Shown piece by piece: positions 25,562 to 32,000 of a DNA stretch of 32,000 nucleotides. The notes under the pieces are model-generated. The model was not told where the DNA came from, ran no database searches, and saw only the letters and a program-made list of their open reading frames with translations. The position numbers were made by a program, and so were the translations under genes. The first letter of the stretch is position 1. Each line of letters opens with the position of its first letter. The stretch covers positions 120,001-152,000 of the forward strand of contig NC_006576.1 of the NCBI RefSeq assembly GCF_000010065.1, given 5' to 3'. This DNA is from Synechococcus elongatus PCC 6301 (GTDB lineage Bacteria > Cyanobacteriota > Cyanobacteriia > Synechococcales > Synechococcaceae).

Positions 25562-25672
25562 GAGTCCACGTCCTTTAAAAAAGTCGAGTCAGTCTCTAGC
25601 AAGAAGCAAACAAATGTGACTCAAGTGAATCAGCTTGAGGTTTCAGGATGCTTCAATCGCTCTCTAATCAAA

Positions 25673-25701
25673 AGATTAGATTGATGGGGATCTATTGACA
25701 A
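25673..25701 (-). promoter_or_regulatory. candidate ccmK operon promoter (-35 TTGTCA, 17-nt spacer, -10 TAATCT) overlapped by a 7-bp inverted repeat
   Basis: On the minus strand, TTGTCA is rc of 25696-25701 and TAATCT is rc of 25673-25678. The dyad TCTAATC-AAAA-GATTAGA at 25663-25680 covers the -10. Motif match only; the -10 is weak. Confidence 0.25.
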
Positions 25702-25890
25702 TATTTAAGCTGATGGTGATTTTCGATTAACCTCATCAGCAAAACTAATCGCCCCCATCGGATTCGGGCACAGATGATGCCCTGGTTTCTGGGCGACTGA
25801 ACGAGAAGTTCAACCCCGGAAACCCTCAATAGTTTCTCATGAGTAGGTCCGCGATCGCACAGCAACTTTGGCCGGGCGATCGCAGTAGGT

Positions 25891-27345
<1,455 letters not shown>

Positions 27346-27354
27346 TCAGTCGCA

Positions 27355-28215
27355 CTACACCAGCAACGCTTCAGGTGCGATCGCTTCCGTAGTCTGTTTG
27401 GGTGGATTGAGATAGAAGTCAGATAACAAGCTGAACAAGTCACGATCGGCTGCATCCTTGGGAACAACGCCCTCTGGTCTTGCGAGGATTTGATCCGCAA
27501 TGTTCAGGTAGTAATCACAGACTGTGAGTAGGCTGGGTTCAGTTTCAGCCATCTCAAAGACAGTTTTTCCTTTCACTCGAGAAATACGGATATCTTCAAT
27601 CAGCGGAAGAACTTCTAGCACGGGCATCGGGACCGCTTCGATGTATTTATCGATTAGATCACGTTTACTAGTTCGATTGCCAATCAATCCAGCTAGTCGC
27701 AGGGTATGCGTCCGTGCTTTTTCCCGCACTGAGGCGGCAATCCGATTGGCAGCGAAGAGCGCATCAAAGCCATTATCTGTGATGATTAAGCAGTAGTCAG
27801 AATAGTTCAGTGGTGCCGCAAATCCACCACAAACGACATCTCCCAAAACATCAAAAAGAATGACATCGTACTCATCAAAGGCATTGAGCTCTTTGAGTAG
27901 TTTGACGGTTTCGCCAACCACATAACCGCCACAGCCTGCACCAGCTGGTGGACCGCCCGCTTCAACGCAGTCCACGCCACCATAGCCGCGATAAATTACA
28001 TCTTCAGGCCAGACATCTTCGTAGTGATAATCCTTGGCTTGCAGGGTATCGATGATGGTGGGAATTAAAAAGCCCGTCAGGGTGAACGTACTGTCGTGCT
28101 TGGGGTCACAACCGATTTGCAGCACCTTCTTACCACGTCTGGCTAAAGCGACAGAAATATTGCAACTGGTGGTTGATTTTCCGATACCACCTTTGCCATA
28201 AACCGAAAGTTTCAC
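27355..28215 (-). CDS. chlL: DPOR iron-sulfur ATP-binding protein ChlL (NifH-like), 286 aa, GTG start
   Basis: (M)[45 protein letters not shown]... has the P-loop and the two cluster Cys residues (CVEAGGP..., ...VCGGF). The start codon is GTG (rc 28213-28215), with AAGGAG 9 nt upstream. Confidence 0.96.
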   Translation of the reverse strand: MKLSVYGKGGIGKSTTSCNISVALARRGKKVLQIGCDPKHDSTFTLTGFLIPTIIDTLQAKDYHYEDVWPEDVIYRGYGGVDCVEAGGPPAGAGCGGYVVGETVKLLKELNAFDEYDVILFDVLGDVVCGGFAAPLNYSDYCLIITDNGFDALFAANRIAASVREKARTHTLRLAGLIGNRTSKRDLIDKYIEAVPMPVLEVLPLIEDIRISRVKGKTVFEMAETEPSLLTVCDYYLNIADQILARPEGVVPKDAADRDLFSLLSDFYLNPPKQTTEAIAPEALLV

Positions 28216-28613
28216 GGGTGCGACTCCTTGGCTGTTAGCCTCGATAGCCCAGCGTGAGCGGTGCTATCTGAGCGGGGATGCCTGCATTATCAAGTTGCTA
28301 TGCCTAGGGCTGCTGGTTTAAAAGCTTGATTTAACGCTTCAAATCAATATTTAAAAGTTCTTGAATAGTAATGGCTCCTTTCAACGGCTTTAGGATAAAT
28401 CGAAAATCAATTGAACAACCTTGCTTTAGATTGAAACAGTATCTATAAACAATAAACAAAAAGTAAATTTCAGCCAAAATCTAGGAATTTTTAAGGGCCA
28501 ATGACTGGCTGACAGAGGGCTCAAGATCGTTACTTGCCTGAATTCGTAGCGATCGCTGCTCAAAGCAGTGATTTGATAAAAATAGTGAATTTTCTCGATT
28601 GAGGCGGCAGTCC

Positions 28614-28820
28614 ATGACCGCAAGCGATCGCCAGTTATCTGAAGCGGAGCTGCTCACCTTGCAGGCTGATCCGATCGCAACGCTGCAATTCTTGCTGGCA
28701 GAAGCAGCGTTACCCAATTCTGAGACAGCGGCAATACTCCAGCTGGCGCAGGCACTCAGGGCTGAATTTCAAACTGCTACTCCAGAGGCGATCGCTCACC
28801 TTACCCCTAAGGCAGATTAA
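28614..28820 (+). CDS. small hypothetical protein (68 aa from the ATG at 28614)
   Basis: ORF 28599..28820. The ATG at 28614 is preceded by GAGG 9 nt upstream. The sequence is helical and Ala/Leu/Glu-rich (LSEAELLTLQADPIATLQFLLAEAALPN...). No family recognised; it overlaps the convergent SLH gene's stop by 4 nt. Confidence 0.4.
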   Translation: MTASDRQLSEAELLTLQADPIATLQFLLAEAALPNSETAAILQLAQALRAEFQTATPEAIAHLTPKAD

Positions 28821-29800
28821 GGCTGAGGGGTAGGGGCTGGCTGCTGCGTGGGCGGTGAACTCGTTGAGGGACGTGTGGGCGGATTGGTGGCTGCTGGCGG
28901 CGTCGCAGGTTCTGGCGCTTGCTGCGATCGCAGGACCTGAGCCGCAGATTGTCCTTCCCCTTGGAAACCGATGTACCAGAGAGCAGCGGCAGCCTCAGCT
29001 CGAGTCACTGGCTTTCGCGGCTGGAAGAGTTGAGTGAAGCCAAAAACGCGCCGAATGATGCTTTGGGTTCCATTGTCGTCATCGGCCAACAGTGCCCGCT
29101 GCAGCCGTGGATCTAGCCCGTTGGTATCCTGAAAGCCCCAGCTCGCGGCTAACTTTTCTGGGGTTGCCGTCGGTAGTGTTTGGCGATGGTCGAGGGGGAC
29201 TTTCCAGAGCAGTAAGTCAGCACGGGTCAGAGGAGCCTCAGGCTGGAAGCGGGTTGCAGCCGTATCGCCACTGAGGCGGCTGGGGAGAGTTCCCGCTTCA
29301 GCCAATGATTGAATGGCGATGAAGTCTGGGTTGCTGGTGGGAACGTCCGTGTAAATTGGCGGACTATCGGCGATCGCCAGCCGAATTTGGCGACCTGGGT
29401 CGTCCTCAAAGAAACGGTTGTTGACAGCGAGCAACCAGCGCGCAAAAGTACCGCGATCGATCGGCTGATTGGGGTCAAACCGACCTTGGCGATCGCCCGG
29501 GGTATCAAGCACCCCTAGTTCGATCATCTCCTCCACTTGGCTGCGGAGAGCAGTAGGAATCTGATCCAGATCCGTGAAACTGCTGAGGGCCGGCGGACTT
29601 GGGGCTGGCGTTGACGGTGCTGGATTGGTCGGAGACGGGGGCGTTGTAGGAGCGCCAGAAGTGCCAGTTCCGTTCTCCGGTCGCTCAAAAGACTGCTGCA
29701 GTGACTGGCCAAAGGGCGTGCCACTACAGGCTTGGAGCGCAATCGTCAGGAAGCCCAGCGCGATCGCAGGCCGAAGTCGATACCCAGACAGATGTCGCAC
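28817..29800 (-). CDS. putative lipoprotein with three S-layer-homology (SLH) domains and Pro-rich linkers
   Basis: There are three SLH-like modules (FTDLDQIPTALRSQVEEMIELGVLD...FDPNQPIDRGTFARWLL; YTDVPTSNPDFIAIQSLAEAGTL...FQPEAPLTRADLLLW; FQDT...FQPRKPVTRAEAAAALW). The lipobox is LQAC. The start is taken at the GTG (rc 29798-29800), 4 nt after the topA stop, giving a 25-aa signal peptide. The track ORF starts at another GTG (29872) that overlaps topA by 68 nt. Confidence 0.7.
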   Translation of the reverse strand: MRHLSGYRLRPAIALGFLTIALQACSGTPFGQSLQQSFERPENGTGTSGAPTTPPSPTNPAPSTPAPSPPALSSFTDLDQIPTALRSQVEEMIELGVLDTPGDRQGRFDPNQPIDRGTFARWLLAVNNRFFEDDPGRQIRLAIADSPPIYTDVPTSNPDFIAIQSLAEAGTLPSRLSGDTAATRFQPEAPLTRADLLLWKVPLDHRQTLPTATPEKLAASWGFQDTNGLDPRLQRALLADDDNGTQSIIRRVFGFTQLFQPRKPVTRAEAAAALWYIGFQGEGQSAAQVLRSQQAPEPATPPAATNPPTRPSTSSPPTQQPAPTPQP

Positions 29801-29804
29801 AGTG

Positions 29805-32000
29805 TTAGCGGCTCGTAGTCCGACGAGTCGTGGTTTTCTTAGTCGTTTTGGTTGTTCGGGCTTTCGTTTCACCGGACTTTGGTGTTCCCGTACTACGGCG
29901 GCCTCCTTTAGCCTTGGCCTGACCGGCTTTGGCCGCTAAGGCTGCAACTGCTGTTTCCAGGCTGATCGTCTCCGGCTTCTCATCCTCGGGCAGCGAGGCA
30001 TTGACCTTGCCATGTTTGAGGTAAAGACCGTAGGGACCCTCAAAAATTTGAATGGGGGCTTGGTCATCAGGATGGAGGCCAACCTCCCGAATCGGTTCCT
30101 TGCCGCGACCCCGACTCTTCTTGGGTTGTGCCAGGAGTTCGAGGGCACGATCGAGATCGATGGTCAGCACATCATCATCGGCTTTGAGCGATCGGTAATC
30201 CTTCTCACCACCCCCCAGATCGCAGACCACGTAGGGTCCAAATCGCCCTAGACCTGCTTGGATCCGTCGTCCTGTTTCGGGATGCTCGCCCAAGGTACGT
30301 GGTAGCGACAACAGCCCTACGGCTTGCTCCAACGAGATCGTTTCTAAGCTCATACCCTTGGGCAAAGAAGCCCGCTTCGGCTTGGGTTTTTCCTCGGTGG
30401 CTGCCCCAAGTTGGACGTAGGGACCGTAGGCACCCGTAAGCAGGTAAATCGGCTCGTCGGTTTCAGGATGTGTTCCCAGTTGGTCCGGCCCTTCGGTTTT
30501 TTGCCGCAGTAGTGTTTCCACTCGCTGGACATCCAAATCAGCAGGCGTTAGCTCCTTGGGCAGGTTTGCTTTGATCGGTTCTCCATCGGCCTCGGCCTCG
30601 AGGTAAGCGCCAAAACGACCAATACGGACTTTGGCGGGCAGTCCCTCCAGCGCGACTGTGCGAGCGGCAGCCGGATCAATTTCACTTTCGCGAAGTTTGA
30701 CCTGTTCTTCCAAGCCACGATCGCCCCGATAAAACTGACTGAGATAGGGTAGCCAGTCGACTTCACCATTGGAAATGTCGTCGAGGGACTGCTCCATCCG
30801 CGCACTGAAGCTGGTGTCCACCAAATCGGGGAAATGTTGCTCCAGCAATGCTGTCACTGCAAAAGCCGTGAAGGTCGGCGTTAGAGTGTTGCTCACCAAT
30901 TGGGCATAGCCGCGATCGACGATCGTGCCGATGATGCTGGCGTAGGTACTGGGACGACCAATGCCCTCGTTCTCCAGCATTTTGACCAGTGAGGCTTCGG
31001 TGTAGCGGGCTGGCGGCTGGGTTTCATGACCGATCGCGGCCAGTTCCTGACAGGTGGGGCGATCGCCCACCTTCAACGCCGGCAGCAGAATTTCGCGATC
31101 TTCTAGGGCTGCATCAGGATCGTCTGAGCCTTCAACGTAAGCGCGGAAGAAGCCCGGGAAATCGATCCGCTTGCCACTGGCGCGGAACTCAGCATTATCA
31201 ACCTCCAACAACACACTCAGCATGGTTTGTCGGGCCTCAGCCATCTGAGAGGCGATCGTGCGCTTCCAGATCAGGTCGTAGAGCGCAAACTCGGCGCCCG
31301 ACAGTCCCGTTTCTTGGGGCAGCCTAAACGTGTTCCCCGCTGGCCGAATTGCTTCGTGGGCTTCCTGGGCGTTTTTGCTCTTGGTGGTGAACTGGCGAGG
31401 CTGGGGGCTGAGATAGTTTTTGCCATACATCTGCTCAACGCAGCTGCGAGCTGCCTCGATCGCCTGTTGCGACAGATGGACCGAATCCGTCCGCATGTAG
31501 GTGATAAAGCCTCGCTCGTAGAGGCTCTGGGCGACTCGCATCGTTTCCCGGGCTGAGAGCCGTAGCTTCCGGTTCGACTCCTGCTGCAAGGTCGAAGTGG
31601 TGAAGGGTGGGGCTGGTTTGCGAGTGGTGGGTTTTTCTTCCAGCGACTTTACTTGCCAGGGCTGGGTCTGGAGGCGATCGCGCAGGGCTTCCGCTTCTTG
31701 CTGATCGAGCAGACAGACCTGACGGCCGGCAATGATTTGGCCGGTGCTTTCGTCAAAGTCATTGCCTGTGGCTAGCCGTTGGCCTGCCAATGTCCAGAGT
31801 TTGGCTTCAAACTGGCCAGCCTCCACCGTCAGCTGAGCTTTGAGATCCCAGTAGCTGCCTTGGCGGAAGGCCCGCCGCGCCCGTTCCCGCTGGACGAGTA
31901 GGCGTACTGCCACCGACTGCACCCGCCCGGCGGATAGGCCCCAGGCAATTTTTTTCCAGAGCAGGGGGGACAGGGTGTAGCCCACCAAGCGATCGAGAAT
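29805..32000 (-). CDS. topA: DNA topoisomerase I, C-terminal ~730 codons; the gene continues beyond the right edge
   Basis: ...[18 protein letters not shown]...[16 protein letters not shown]...YITYMRTDS (active-site Tyr region) is type IA topoisomerase, with a basic K/T/R-rich tail. The frame stays open to position 32000; the track's 'M' at 31988 is an internal GTG. Confidence 0.95.
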   Translation of the reverse strand: MLDRLVGYTLSPLLWKKIAWGLSAGRVQSVAVRLLVQRERARRAFRQGSYWDLKAQLTVEAGQFEAKLWTLAGQRLATGNDFDESTGQIIAGRQVCLLDQQEAEALRDRLQTQPWQVKSLEEKPTTRKPAPPFTTSTLQQESNRKLRLSARETMRVAQSLYERGFITYMRTDSVHLSQQAIEAARSCVEQMYGKNYLSPQPRQFTTKSKNAQEAHEAIRPAGNTFRLPQETGLSGAEFALYDLIWKRTIASQMAEARQTMLSVLLEVDNAEFRASGKRIDFPGFFRAYVEGSDDPDAALEDREILLPALKVGDRPTCQELAAIGHETQPPARYTEASLVKMLENEGIGRPSTYASIIGTIVDRGYAQLVSNTLTPTFTAFAVTALLEQHFPDLVDTSFSARMEQSLDDISNGEVDWLPYLSQFYRGDRGLEEQVKLRESEIDPAAARTVALEGLPAKVRIGRFGAYLEAEADGEPIKANLPKELTPADLDVQRVETLLRQKTEGPDQLGTHPETDEPIYLLTGAYGPYVQLGAATEEKPKPKRASLPKGMSLETISLEQAVGLLSLPRTLGEHPETGRRIQAGLGRFGPYVVCDLGGGEKDYRSLKADDDVLTIDLDRALELLAQPKKSRGRGKEPIREVGLHPDDQAPIQIFEGPYGLYLKHGKVNASLPEDEKPETISLETAVAALAAKAGQAKAKGGRRSTGTPKSGETKARTTKTTKKTTTRRTTSR

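Noticed and set aside
28438-28452. NtcA-like GTA-N8 motif (GTATCTATAAAC) upstream of chlL
   Set aside because: The downstream half-site is AAC/CAA rather than TAC, and no properly spaced -10 follows. It is probably a chance match in AT-rich DNA.

Overview
This window reads as chromosomal DNA from a beta-cyanobacterium. Gene order and the protein sequences I recognise (IcfA/CcaA N-terminus, FbaA, RbcL, RbcS, CcmK2-L-M-N-O, ChlL/ChlN) match my memory of the Synechococcus elongatus PCC 7942/6301 carboxysome neighbourhood, and the HIP1 octamer GCGATCGC is scattered throughout. From left to right:
- icfA (partial, -)
- two hypothetical exported or CARDB-like proteins (+)
- fbaA (-), tRNA-Lys(UUU) (-), a VOC/glyoxalase-family gene (-)
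- cobD/cbiB, thrB and ndhD (all +)
- an orphan anti-sigma-type HATPase (+) and two small hypotheticals
- menD (+) and a Pro-rich protein with a strict 19-residue RP repeat (+)
- argC (-), a long-form ribBA (+), cyclophilin (-)
- a two-gene orphan cassette (+)
- a structured roughly 185-nt RNA that I call 6S RNA (ssaA/ssrS, -) immediately 3' of purK (-)
- rbcS-rbcL (-), ccmO-N-M-L-K (-), chlN-chlL (-)
- a small ORF (+), a triple-SLH lipoprotein (-) and topA (partial, -)

I see no transposase, integrase, CRISPR array, restriction, toxin-antitoxin or other defence-like module. The locus is a well-studied core region, so I do not claim a new multi-gene system. The observations most worth following up are:
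- the 6S RNA, which the ORF track cannot show
- the orphan cassette at 16.6-17.9 kb and its structured leader
- the RP-repeat protein
- stable hairpins placed just after stop codons inside the ccm/rbc operons
- several dyad symmetries in the rbcL, ccmK and chlL control regions

Every identification rests on reading the translations and sequence by eye; no database search was run.
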